Assembly (NCBI GenBank): GCA_964350815.1
Contig: CAYGKW010000001.1
Coordinates: forward strand, 92,120-156,119
Direction of reading: 5' to 3'
DNA: 64,000 nt
Origin: an uncultured Rhizobiaceae bacterium
GTDB lineage: Bacteria; Pseudomonadota; Alphaproteobacteria; UBA7879; VGCX01
The notes beneath the pieces are model-generated. The model was not told where the DNA came from, did no database searches, and saw only the letters and a list, made by a program, of their open reading frames with translations. Position 1 is the first letter of the stretch. Each line of letters opens with the position of its first letter. The position numbers were made by a program, and so were the translations under genes. Of this stretch, positions 31,290 through 40,572 are shown piece by piece.

Positions 31290-31530
31290 GTTTCGCGATG
31301 AGCTTTATGGAAGGTAAATCCACTCACACCGTCGTACCCCACCCTCTCTGGCGTCATTACCTGGCTTGACCAGGTAATCCAGGAAAGCATGTTAATGGCA
31401 AACGATGCCCTTTCTGATGAACTCGGCCCTGGATCCCACGGTCAAGCCGTGGGATGACGGCGTAAATAAAATCAATATTTACTATACTATAACTTCTAAG
31501 CTGCAGATGTTTTTTCTGCAGCTTTTTTAT
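31290..31530 (+). ncRNA. Candidate structured small RNA of unknown family, ending in an intrinsic terminator
   Basis: A local rise in GC with no ORF of 60 aa or more on either strand. Perfect helices attacctgg/ccaggtaat and cccacgg/ccgtggg. The terminator gctgcaga–loop–tctgcagc plus a T run lies at about 31497..31530. The gene on the far side, ihfB, is on the opposite strand, so a riboswitch is not a natural reading. Confidence 0.3.
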
Positions 31531-31559
31531 AAATCAATAAAATTGAATAAATAAAAAAA

Positions 31560-31835
31560 CTAGTTTAATTGTTTGATTAAAAGTTTTCCTGCCCGGAAAA
31601 AAGGAATGTGCCGTTCGTCAATTTTGATTGCTTTTCCACTGCGCGGATCACAACCAATTCTTTCGTCTCTGTGCTTTACAAAGAAAGATCCAAATCCACG
31701 CAATTCAACGCGGTCGCCATTTTCCAATGCTTTTGTAATTTCTTCAAAAACAGTGACAATCATCTGTTCAACTTCCCGCTTGCTTTTATCAGGAAATTTC
31801 TGACTTAGCCGCTCAACTAATTCAGATCTTGTCAT
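31560..31835 (-). CDS. ihfB: Integration host factor subunit beta
   Basis: MTRSELVERLSQKFP...RVELRGFGSFFVKHRDERIGCDPRSGKAIKIDERHIPFFRAGKLL is collinear with E. coli IhfB. Confidence 0.85.
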   Translation of the reverse strand: MTRSELVERLSQKFPDKSKREVEQMIVTVFEEITKALENGDRVELRGFGSFFVKHRDERIGCDPRSGKAIKIDERHIPFFRAGKLLIKQLN

Positions 31836-32049
31836 ATCGATAGCACTCCCTAAGTAATTATTTATAGTATACTGTTAATACTGACATTTTTTTAATACCT
31901 AGTCAAGTTATTCAATAATAACAATAAGTTATATTATATATTATATTTTTTAATGAAAAATCGTCTAAAACTGTTTATTTACAGTAAATACAGAGGATAT
32001 ATTTAAAAATAGCCATAGAAATTAAACGTTATAAGACCCTGATTTTTAT

Positions 32050-33327
32050 TTAAAAATCATCAAATGGCCAGCCGCCTGGTGCGGTTGGGCCGGATGGCTG
32101 ACGTTGGGGCTGAGGTTGACGCTGTTGCTGCCCACCCCTTGCACCTTGTTGTGCAGGATTTTGTTGTTGACCTTGTGGCAAAGCCCTTTGCTGCTGGCCC
32201 CCTCCACTTTCTTGTTGAAAACCTAGTAAGCGCTTGATTTCATTTTGCATTATGGGATCTTGAACCAATTCCTGCATAAGATCTGGAAATGATAAACGCC
32301 CCCAATTTGCAGCCCTTTTAATCAAATGTGGGGCTGGGCTATGGGGATCCAACTCTTCCAGAAACTCTGCTGACTCTCTAATAATTTGATAGGCATGGGC
32401 ACGGCTTCGAATAACACTTGTTATATCTATGTTTTTGCCATCAACACCTAAGTCAGCCCCACCTTTGTTCTTTTTTTCGCCAGTTTCTTTAAGTTTTTCA
32501 GAATCTACCCCCCCCTCAGATGCAGGGTTTTCTTCAAAATCAGGTGCCTCTTGATCCATATCAGCACCACGGTAAGATAAAATTTGTTTACAAAACCTAC
32601 TGATATCGCCGACTTTGTTTTTCAAATTATGTAGTGATGTTGCATCTTTTTCTAATTTTTCATCCAAAAATTCTTCAAGCTTTGTTGCAATTTCAATTGT
32701 TGCATTTGCATCTTCCACCAACTCTTTAAAAAATGATGTATCCGTTTTCTCTAAGCTTTTCTCAAAAGAATCCAGGGTTTCAAGCTTACCTTTTGGCATC
32801 GACTTTGAATCATCTTTTTTGCGCCCAATGAAATGCTGTATATCAATATAGGATGCAAAAGTATGAACGTGTAATTCAGGATCATTCGGTTGGGTTGCAC
32901 GTATATTATTAATACGATCTGCCATTTTTTGATTTAACCATAGGTATGGGGCAAGGCGAAACTCTACATCATCCTCTTCCAACTTTGGATACCCATTATC
33001 CCAATACTTTTCAGACAACTTAAGCATTAATTCCAAGCCTGCCTTTAACCCTTTCAGGTTGTATAAATGCATCCAGGCTTCAACCAGCCATGCACATACT
33101 TGCAGGTCTTTGGATTTATTTTTAAGGGCTGGAACACACAAGTTTTCAACTTGTCGCCAATCTGCAGATTTCAGATCTTGAACCCAAACACCCTGAGGCA
33201 AATCATAATCTTGCCTTTGTGATTCTCTAACCTCGTCATAAATTTGACTATATTTTAAATCTTCACCTTCTGGTTTTGATTTAGATATGTCATTTAGATA
33301 GTCGTCAAGTGCCGTAATGTTTTGCAT
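32050..33327 (-). CDS. tssA: Type VI secretion protein TssA (ImpA N-terminal domain) with a Gln/Gly/Pro-rich C-terminal tail
   Basis: ImpA_N signatures SKPEGEDLKYSQIYDEVRESQ and KDLQVCAWLVEAWMHLYNLKGLKAGLELMLKLSEKYWDNGYP. The C-terminal 60 aa are low-complexity (GGGQQQRALPQGQQQNPAQQGARGGQQQRQPQPQRQP...WPFDDF). Confidence 0.75.
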   Translation of the reverse strand: MQNITALDDYLNDISKSKPEGEDLKYSQIYDEVRESQRQDYDLPQGVWVQDLKSADWRQVENLCVPALKNKSKDLQVCAWLVEAWMHLYNLKGLKAGLELMLKLSEKYWDNGYPKLEEDDVEFRLAPYLWLNQKMADRINNIRATQPNDPELHVHTFASYIDIQHFIGRKKDDSKSMPKGKLETLDSFEKSLEKTDTSFFKELVEDANATIEIATKLEEFLDEKLEKDATSLHNLKNKVGDISRFCKQILSYRGADMDQEAPDFEENPASEGGVDSEKLKETGEKKNKGGADLGVDGKNIDITSVIRSRAHAYQIIRESAEFLEELDPHSPAPHLIKRAANWGRLSFPDLMQELVQDPIMQNEIKRLLGFQQESGGGQQQRALPQGQQQNPAQQGARGGQQQRQPQPQRQPSGPTAPGGWPFDDF

Positions 33328-36300
33328 TAGGAACCTCCCTTCCTTTCAGCAATTAATGCCGGGGCTTCTATTGGGAATTCAGGAATCTTAAAGTTAGGAG
33401 ACCGAACACCGTTTGCCGTTAATGGGATAACTTTCATAAATAAGATCGCATTATCCACAGGTGAAAGCTGAGGGTTATAGCCCAAAGGAATATCAAATTT
33501 TAATAACGTATCTGAATTTGTCTGACCCCCTTCTTTTGTTGGTGTTTGGTGGATCATCATTGCACGCAATAGGGCCCAATACCCTTGATAAACATACATG
33601 GCGCGCCCAGCAACAAGTGTCAAAGCTTGTGGCCCTGAATTTTCCACAGGACGTAGAGGCGCATTGACCGCCCATTGGAATCCAAATGCTGTGTTGTTTC
33701 CAAGTTGCCATCTTATGGGCAGTTTTCCCTCTTTTTCACTAAATGAATTTTCACCCAAAATAACAGCCCAATCGATAACCTGGTCACCAAATTTCTCACG
33801 CATTTTATTTTGATTAAATTCAATTTCAACATCCATACCCGGGGCGCCATCTTTTTCTTTTGGCGCAAGGTATTTATCAAAGAACTCACGAACCCTATCC
33901 ATCTTGTTTAAGAAAACTTTTGCTTTTTTCCATGTCTTGGAATAATGCTCCATGCTTTTAATTGATTCACGGGCATTTGCATTAACCAGATCATAAAGCT
34001 TAAAGAACTCTTCTAAAATTTTATCTGATACATCTGCAGAAATAACTGGCTCTTCTGGAACACCCTTCATGAATGGGAAGGCCCCAGCCATGTGTTTGTT
34101 AAAGAAGTTCGCCATTGTATTGTATTGTTCTGCCGCCTTACCTGCTGTCACTTCTTGACAGCGGTGGTAAATACCGCGACGCAATACATTGCGACGGTGT
34201 AAGAAATAATCCCCAGAAATTTGTTCAGCATCATACTTTGTAATTTTTTCAAAACAGTTTTCAAAGGTAATTTGATTTCCCTCTTCAACCATAAAGGTTT
34301 CAAGTATTTTCAAGGTACTGTCTGCTTTGTCGTTGCCATATTCAGCAGCTGCAGTCATCAAGCGTAACCAGCGATCAAATAATTTTACCTCTTTTAAATT
34401 CATTGCAAAAACATCTGATTTCAAGAACTGCATAACAGGGGCTGCATATTCACGAACAAGATGCATTAAGCGTCTAGATTGATTGGCAATATAAGCCTGC
34501 ATTTCATGACGATCTGCCATATTATAAGCGCGGAAGATTACACGGCTTCCTTCATTCCACCAACTAAAGTTTTCATCGCCAATGGAAAAGTAATCACTTT
34601 CCATCAAGATTTTATCAAGCTTCTTTAAGTTGCCGTACATCTGTTCAAACAATAAGTTGCGCAAGTTTGTATATGTTTCAACACTCCCAATGTCATCCAA
34701 CTTAGAAAGCAATTTAATAAATAAAGGCCCAACCAAATTAATATTATCCACTTGTGATCTGGCGGCATCCTCTGCCTGACGACTCCACATTTCTGTGGGC
34801 TCATCATAGAAAGTTTGGGCCCGGCCAAGCATGACGTCAATATTACGCTGCAACTGTTTTAAGCCAACCACGCGTAATGTATCTTGTATGTCTGCAGGGT
34901 ATCCAGGCAACTCTTCTTTAAGAAATTCATTATAAGCCTCGATCAAGCCAATTGAATTTTGAATCATTTGCTTGTCCCAATGCAATAATTCACCTTTTGG
35001 CATTTCTGCGATGAAAGCTTCCCCTTTTACTTGGGCCATAAAGGGCTTGTTTAAGAAAAGGCCCAAACCTTTTTCTAAAGTAACCAACCCGGGGGATGGT
35101 TTTAAACGTTTGGTTTGCCCCGACGTTGTAAAGAAATACCCTGTAACCGGAGACCCGTAGCTTTTTAAATAACGTGTGGCTTTTTCATAAACTTTTTCTG
35201 ATACAACAGCCAAACGTTTAACAACATTTTTATTAAAGGTTTTGGCTTTTTGTACTTTTTGAATGGTTTCATGATATTTTGAACCCGGGTCAAATTCTGG
35301 TTTTGTAAGCCAATTTCCACTTGCCCCTGAAATAAAGTTGACCAGCTGTTTAATTTCAATAAGGGTTTTTCTGAAACTTTGGATATCAGGAATACCACTT
35401 CCATCAACATCATCCAAAGTTTCTTGTAATTGGGAAGCCAAAGCATAAATATATTTAGGGTCTAAAATGCGTTCCAAGAAATTATTATAAAGTTCATACA
35501 ATCTTTTTTCTGCGTATAAACGATAGTTTCCAACATTAAATGGCTTGTAATGTGCCTCACCTATGACACGGGTTTTTAAACTTGATCTATCTTTTAAGAA
35601 TGCTTCGGGGAAAGAAAAATTAAACAAGTATTTTGCAACTTTTTGCAAGGCTTCTGGGTCTTTAGAGTTCGTCAAATTATTATATAAAATTGACCGATCT
35701 TCCAACATTAAAATGGCATCCACAAATCCTTCTAGCGCCAGAAATTCTGGAGTTGATGTAGGATCAAGAACCATACGTTGTTTCCCAGGCAATTCAGGAA
35801 TTTTTGGAAGTTCCGTCCGCATAATTTTTTCTGCTTTCGCATTGAAAGACATAAACATCGGCCGGGCAATAATTAGGTTATAGGTATCGTAAACTTCCTG
35901 ATCAATTTTTGCATTTAATGTACTGAACCACGAAGCTGGTAAAAATATGCTATTAATGCGATATTGTGATGCCTTGGAAACCAAATCCAAAACACTTTGT
36001 GCCCGCTTTTCAAACAAAAAGCTTCCTATTTGGTTTTCAGAAATCTGGTGCCCCCCACGCAGCTGAAGATCATGCAAAATTTTCATAAAGGCAGGCTGAA
36101 CTTTTGAAACATTTTTACGAATACTATTTTGGCCAAAATACAACCCTAAAGTACCCAAAACAACCGCGACAATAACCCCAATTTTTAGATAACTTATAGT
36201 ACGGTTTGTCGTTGTTAAGAACCTTTTGATTGGTGTTGCAATGCCTTCTTCCTCAAAAATTTTCTTTGCAAAAAGGTCTTTTAAGAACAATAATTTTATT

Positions 36301-37505
36301 TTACGTTTCCACGGAGATTCATCCGGAATATCATCCCCAAACTGAACATCGGAAACAGGCTCCATGTTTGTATTTCCCGTTAAGTAAATACCCCTTAAGG
36401 CAAAGTGATCACGGTAATCATCTATTTTAAAAATGCGATCAATATATTTTTGAACCCCTGATTCCAGAGATTCAAAAGATTGCGGGAAAATCATCACATC
36501 ATCACGGTATTCTTCTGTGCGACCCCTGGAAAAAATCTGAAGAACAGATTCAAACAAATACCCATAAATTGTTTTAAAGGCCTCACTTATCCATCTTGGA
36601 TTATAATTCATATCCGTTGTGTAAGGATTTGACCACCCTAAAATTTCTTTATGTGTTTTTGGCAAAAGTTCATTGCAGTATCCTTTAAATCCTGCAATGT
36701 GATCGCATTTGGTAATCAAAACATAAATTGGTAATTTAATCCCCAAATACTTTTCTGTTTTCACAAGCTGGTCAGATAACGCATCAGCCTTTTGACGCAA
36801 TTCTTCATCTGTAAGTTTGTATTTACCCAAAAAATAATTGGCAGGAACCGTCAAAATTAAACCATCCAAAGGACGCTTCCCCCTGATTTTTGACAGGTTT
36901 TTTAAAAGTGTTATCCAATCAGAACCCTTTGAAGCCTTAGGGTCTGAAAAAAGACAGTGCCCAGCAGGATCAATAACGATACCCTTTTCATAAAACCACC
37001 AATTAACAGTTGGGTTTTTTTCAGGAAACCCAAACTTTGGACTGTCAATTGGATGTGGAATTCCCAAATTTTTCAAAACTGTGGATTTGCCAGAAGCCCC
37101 ATCGCCGACCATCATGTACCATGGAACTTTGTAAACATAATCTGTTCCGCCGATGCGTTCTTTTAAACATTTCCTTACAGCTTCAAAAGAATTTTTAATA
37201 GCGCCATCAGGCTGAAAACCTAAAGCTTCTATAATTTTCTTTAGAAAATCTAAAACTTTTGGGAATTTTTCTTTTAGATAGGCCTTGCCTTTATCTAACC
37301 CCCCACCCTTTGTTTCTTCTTTAGTCGTGAAATATTTTTTGTAAAATTCCGTTTCTTTGAAATTAAATTTTCGACGCCCCTTCATGCCTGTACCAGCAAA
37401 AAAAGCGACAACAACAAATATCGCAAGACCTAACAAAAGGACAAACAAAAGAAGTTGGGGTAGATTATTTGTTAGCTGTCCCCCTGTCATTGCTTTTGCA
37501 CCCAA
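33327..37505 (-). CDS. tssM: Type VI secretion membrane-complex protein TssM (IcmF family), 1392 aa
   Basis: N-terminal TM helices. Walker A MMVGDGASGKSTVLKNLG and D-box DGLILTV. Long IcmF-like periplasmic C-terminal domain. Its start overlaps the end of tssL by 19 nt. Confidence 0.9.
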   Translation of the reverse strand: MGAKAMTGGQLTNNLPQLLLFVLLLGLAIFVVVAFFAGTGMKGRRKFNFKETEFYKKYFTTKEETKGGGLDKGKAYLKEKFPKVLDFLKKIIEALGFQPDGAIKNSFEAVRKCLKERIGGTDYVYKVPWYMMVGDGASGKSTVLKNLGIPHPIDSPKFGFPEKNPTVNWWFYEKGIVIDPAGHCLFSDPKASKGSDWITLLKNLSKIRGKRPLDGLILTVPANYFLGKYKLTDEELRQKADALSDQLVKTEKYLGIKLPIYVLITKCDHIAGFKGYCNELLPKTHKEILGWSNPYTTDMNYNPRWISEAFKTIYGYLFESVLQIFSRGRTEEYRDDVMIFPQSFESLESGVQKYIDRIFKIDDYRDHFALRGIYLTGNTNMEPVSDVQFGDDIPDESPWKRKIKLLFLKDLFAKKIFEEEGIATPIKRFLTTTNRTISYLKIGVIVAVVLGTLGLYFGQNSIRKNVSKVQPAFMKILHDLQLRGGHQISENQIGSFLFEKRAQSVLDLVSKASQYRINSIFLPASWFSTLNAKIDQEVYDTYNLIIARPMFMSFNAKAEKIMRTELPKIPELPGKQRMVLDPTSTPEFLALEGFVDAILMLEDRSILYNNLTNSKDPEALQKVAKYLFNFSFPEAFLKDRSSLKTRVIGEAHYKPFNVGNYRLYAEKRLYELYNNFLERILDPKYIYALASQLQETLDDVDGSGIPDIQSFRKTLIEIKQLVNFISGASGNWLTKPEFDPGSKYHETIQKVQKAKTFNKNVVKRLAVVSEKVYEKATRYLKSYGSPVTGYFFTTSGQTKRLKPSPGLVTLEKGLGLFLNKPFMAQVKGEAFIAEMPKGELLHWDKQMIQNSIGLIEAYNEFLKEELPGYPADIQDTLRVVGLKQLQRNIDVMLGRAQTFYDEPTEMWSRQAEDAARSQVDNINLVGPLFIKLLSKLDDIGSVETYTNLRNLLFEQMYGNLKKLDKILMESDYFSIGDENFSWWNEGSRVIFRAYNMADRHEMQAYIANQSRRLMHLVREYAAPVMQFLKSDVFAMNLKEVKLFDRWLRLMTAAAEYGNDKADSTLKILETFMVEEGNQITFENCFEKITKYDAEQISGDYFLHRRNVLRRGIYHRCQEVTAGKAAEQYNTMANFFNKHMAGAFPFMKGVPEEPVISADVSDKILEEFFKLYDLVNANARESIKSMEHYSKTWKKAKVFLNKMDRVREFFDKYLAPKEKDGAPGMDVEIEFNQNKMREKFGDQVIDWAVILGENSFSEKEGKLPIRWQLGNNTAFGFQWAVNAPLRPVENSGPQALTLVAGRAMYVYQGYWALLRAMMIHQTPTKEGGQTNSDTLLKFDIPLGYNPQLSPVDNAILFMKVIPLTANGVRSPNFKIPEFPIEAPALIAERKGGS

Positions 37506-38251
37506 TAATTAACTTGATCTACTATATTTTCCATATCATTTGTTTCAGTCACCCAGACAATTTGCGATAAAATGATGAAGGCAACGACAACACCGCACAA
37601 ACCCATAACCCAGTTACGTGTCATTGGCATTTTCATTGCATCTCGCTGGTCTATTGTATGCTGATAAGCCTGGGGAAACAATTCAGAAACACCATCCAAG
37701 ACAGCAGGTGAATCTTGCATTAACCTTGAAAAAAGTTGATCGCGATATTTTTTCAAAGCCCCTTTACTATCAACATCACGATAGCGTCCTTTAAACCCCA
37801 GGCCAAGTGCCAACAAATACATAACACCAATATCCGTATTTGCTGAATCTCGAACACCTAAAAATTGGTCTAAATTTTTAAACAACTTTTCCCCTGCCAC
37901 CTGGCTGTTGAATATTTTTGATTCCAGAAGGTTATTTTCCCATTCATCTTGACCAACCCATTTTAGGTTAATAAAAATTTCATCTGCCAGCCCCACCATG
38001 ATATATTGTGCTTCACGATAATAACGTGCTGCATAACCACCACCATGCTTTTCAATATATTGGTACTGTGAATCCAACAGATTATACAATCGGTCATGGA
38101 TTTTTTTAGAAAGGGACTCCCCTTCTTTTCCATCTTCACTTGTTGACAAAAATTCTCCAGACAGCGCTGACGCTTTAAGCATCACAACTTCTTCATAAAA
38201 AGTCTTAAAGTCTTTTAATATAAGTGACTTTATAAGCTTTTCATGACGCAT
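37487..38251 (-). CDS. tssL: Type VI secretion protein TssL (DotU/IcmH family), no OmpA-like peptidoglycan-binding extension
   Basis: DotU core motif YLLALGLGFKGRYRD. A single C-terminal TM helix (VMGLCGVVVAFIILSQIVWV). 254 aa. Confidence 0.8.
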   Translation of the reverse strand: MRHEKLIKSLILKDFKTFYEEVVMLKASALSGEFLSTSEDGKEGESLSKKIHDRLYNLLDSQYQYIEKHGGGYAARYYREAQYIMVGLADEIFINLKWVGQDEWENNLLESKIFNSQVAGEKLFKNLDQFLGVRDSANTDIGVMYLLALGLGFKGRYRDVDSKGALKKYRDQLFSRLMQDSPAVLDGVSELFPQAYQHTIDQRDAMKMPMTRNWVMGLCGVVVAFIILSQIVWVTETNDMENIVDQVNYWVQKQ

Positions 38252-38272
38252 AAAAATTCCTCCTAAAAACCT

Positions 38273-39607
38273 TTACCCAGCTGTATACAAAACAATTTCA
38301 GCCGGACGCGTATTTTGCGAGTCAGACAGATTGAATATTTGAAGTTTCTCACCTGTCTTGACATACTCTGAATCCATTTTTACTTTGATCAGCAATCGTC
38401 CTTGACTCATAGTCAGGCCCATTTCAGAAACTTGCTCAACAATTTCACGTGGGGCGCCCAATATCCTTTTCTCTCTGGCACTTTCTGCAACAGATTCAGA
38501 GGCAATTACAGCCTCACGCATCCAATCTGATGCCATTTTTGGAGAAATGTCTGAGCTGATCTTCAAACCCAAAACAAGGTAACCTGCATGCATCCATTCG
38601 GACTGAATCTTTTTTTCAAAAATTCTGTCAGATAATGTGAATGGAATAGAAACTGAGGCACTTTGGACCAAATCTAACATACGATTCACAAATGAAATAA
38701 CAGGGGTGAAAGTCGCCCTTAAATCATTGTGATTGTATGGATCAAATATCGGGGGCATATGCCCTTTACTTAAAGAACAAAAAACACCTGCTGCAATAGA
38801 TAATTCCCGGTACGCCATAAAGGGGTGTGATGTTTCTGCAAATAAAAGAGCCTCAAGCCCCAACAAGCGACTTACAATTATATCATAAGTTTTTTTGTAC
38901 TGGTCCATGATAGGCGCTGTATCTTGGGTTACAGGGGCCTGTAGTCGTTCAGATAAATGGGACACCCTTTTTCTTAGGGCTTTAACCACATTACTTAATA
39001 ATTTTCCAATTGGTCCATCCCTGCGTATCGTTGTAAAGGGGGGAATAAAATCTTCCCTAACAAAAGCATCATCTTTATAGCGCACCCGCATCAAAGGAAA
39101 ACTTGAATATCTTGATGAAATATCATCACCTACAAACAATGAAACTTTTAAAGACAACCGAGGAATTGGAATTGGGGCTTCCCCCGTATTTTCATCCGGA
39201 ATTGTCTTGCCTTCAACTGAATCATAGCGCGGAAAATCGCCTTCACTGTTGGCAGCATCTTCATGACGCTTAACAACAGCCAAATGAATCATCATCGGCT
39301 TTTCTTGAAGCTGATCTTTAAATTCATTAATATCCAGTTCAATTTTCTTTTGTTCGTTAATTTCTTTTTTAACAATACTGCCATCTGGCATAACAGCCAG
39401 TAACTCTTGAATACGAATAATACCACTTGTAAAAGCAGCCTCATCCAATTGCATATAACGCACACCCCAATAAAAAGGTGTCGACATGCTAAGGTAACAA
39501 AGGGACAATTGTTGATATTCCAACCGCATTTGTTGGTAATGCTGTGGATATAACAACATCCCTTCATGCCATTGAACGGGATCGACTATCTTGAAAGTTT
39601 TTTCCAT
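38273..39607 (-). CDS. tssK: Type VI secretion baseplate protein TssK (ImpJ/VasE)
   Basis: N-terminal signature VQWHEGMLLYPQHYQQ (W-x-E-G-M-x-L-x-P-Q-H-F/Y-Q-Q). About 440 aa, the typical TssK length. Confidence 0.85.
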   Translation of the reverse strand: MEKTFKIVDPVQWHEGMLLYPQHYQQMRLEYQQLSLCYLSMSTPFYWGVRYMQLDEAAFTSGIIRIQELLAVMPDGSIVKKEINEQKKIELDINEFKDQLQEKPMMIHLAVVKRHEDAANSEGDFPRYDSVEGKTIPDENTGEAPIPIPRLSLKVSLFVGDDISSRYSSFPLMRVRYKDDAFVREDFIPPFTTIRRDGPIGKLLSNVVKALRKRVSHLSERLQAPVTQDTAPIMDQYKKTYDIIVSRLLGLEALLFAETSHPFMAYRELSIAAGVFCSLSKGHMPPIFDPYNHNDLRATFTPVISFVNRMLDLVQSASVSIPFTLSDRIFEKKIQSEWMHAGYLVLGLKISSDISPKMASDWMREAVIASESVAESAREKRILGAPREIVEQVSEMGLTMSQGRLLIKVKMDSEYVKTGEKLQIFNLSDSQNTRPAEIVLYTAG

Positions 39608-39768
39608 GTATTATGCCTTGGTGCCCTGAATATTTAAATCACTTCATAAATTTTGATACAAAAACCAATACTTTATCCTACATTCAAGTCACCTTAAAGA
39701 CAAGCCTTCTAAGAAAAAAAATAAAGATAAAGGGTTGTTTTGTTTCAAGAATTTGAATACTTAAGAAA

Positions 39769-39845
39769 TGGTAGCGAGGGAGGGACTCGAACCCCCGACA
39801 CGCGGATTATGATTCCGCTGCTCTAACCAGCTGAGCTACCCCGCC
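39769..39845 (-). tRNA. tRNA-Met (CAU anticodon); could be the lysidine-modified tRNA-Ile2
   Basis: Minus-strand sequence GGCGGGGTAGCTCAGCTGGTTAGAGCAGCGGAATCATAATCCGCGTGTCGGGGGTTCGAGTCCCTCCCTCGCTACCA folds as a cloverleaf. The anticodon loop is AUCAUAA, TΨC is GTTCGAGTC, and 3' CCA is encoded. No initiator-type 3×G-C anticodon stem. Confidence 0.85.
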
Positions 39846-39918
39846 ACATTTGAAGGGTGTATGAGACTTCTATACTGTGTTAATATATAGATTGTCAATA
39901 ATAATGTAAGGTGAACCT

Positions 39919-40572
39919 ATGAAAAAACAAGTGAAAATTGCCCCATCAATTCTTTCTGCTGATTTTTCAAAACTAGGAGAAGAGATCAAAGCCGTTGAAA
40001 AAGCAGGCGCTGACTGGATCCACTTGGATATTATGGACGGGCATTTTGTCCCCAACATTACCATTGGTCCAGATGTTATAAAATCAATTCGCCCCCATAC
40101 AAAATTGTTTTTTGATGCCCATTTAATGATTGAACCTGCCTCACCTTATATCGAAGCATTTGCAAAGGCTGGGGTTGACAGTATTACAACCCATGTAGAG
40201 TTAGATGAAGTCGAAGAAAATATAAAATTAGTAAAAAATTACGGCAAAAAGGTTGGGCTTTCCCTTAACCCAGACACCCCCTCTGAACAACTTTTGCCCT
40301 ATTTAGATGATATTGATTTAATCTTAGTCATGACCGTTCATCCAGGTTTTGGGGGACAAAAATTTATTGAATCTCAGTTAGGTAAAATTCAAGCACTACG
40401 TCAAAAAATTGATCAAACAGGGCGTGATATTGTACTAGAAGTCGATGGGGGCATTAATCCTGATACAGCCAAACTTGCAATTGATGCAGGGGCTGATGTG
40501 TTGGTTGCGGGTACTTCTGTTTTCAAAAGTGAAAATTACAAAAAGAATATTAACGCATTACGCTTGCATTAG
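39919..40572 (+). CDS. rpe: Ribulose-phosphate 3-epimerase
   Basis: IAPSILSADF, HLDIMDGHFVPNIT and MTVHPGFGGQKF motifs. Confidence 0.9.
   Translation: MKKQVKIAPSILSADFSKLGEEIKAVEKAGADWIHLDIMDGHFVPNITIGPDVIKSIRPHTKLFFDAHLMIEPASPYIEAFAKAGVDSITTHVELDEVEENIKLVKNYGKKVGLSLNPDTPSEQLLPYLDDIDLILVMTVHPGFGGQKFIESQLGKIQALRQKIDQTGRDIVLEVDGGINPDTAKLAIDAGADVLVAGTSVFKSENYKKNINALRLH

Noticed and set aside
31340-31470. Possible two-piece tmRNA (ssrA) because of an in-frame A-N-D-A... peptide
   Set aside because: I could find no tRNA-like T-arm (GGTTCGA-type) or acceptor/CCA end on either strand. The putative tag does not end in the usual -AA hydrophobic terminus. It is kept only as an unassigned candidate sRNA.
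31836-32049. AT-rich tract with tatattatatattatatttttt repeats between ihfB and tssA
   Set aside because: It looks like ordinary AT-rich promoter/terminator spacer. The short direct repeats are too few and irregular for a CRISPR array or an iteron set.
33461-37198. Multiple 60–106-aa ORFs on both strands inside tssM
   Set aside because: All lie within or antisense to the continuous 1392-codon TssM frame, which has clear IcmF motifs.
39769-39845. Whether the CAU-anticodon tRNA is initiator tRNA-fMet
   Set aside because: The anticodon stem (GCGGA/UCCGC) lacks the three consecutive G-C pairs of initiator tRNAs. It is called elongator Met, with possible Ile2 identity, not fMet.
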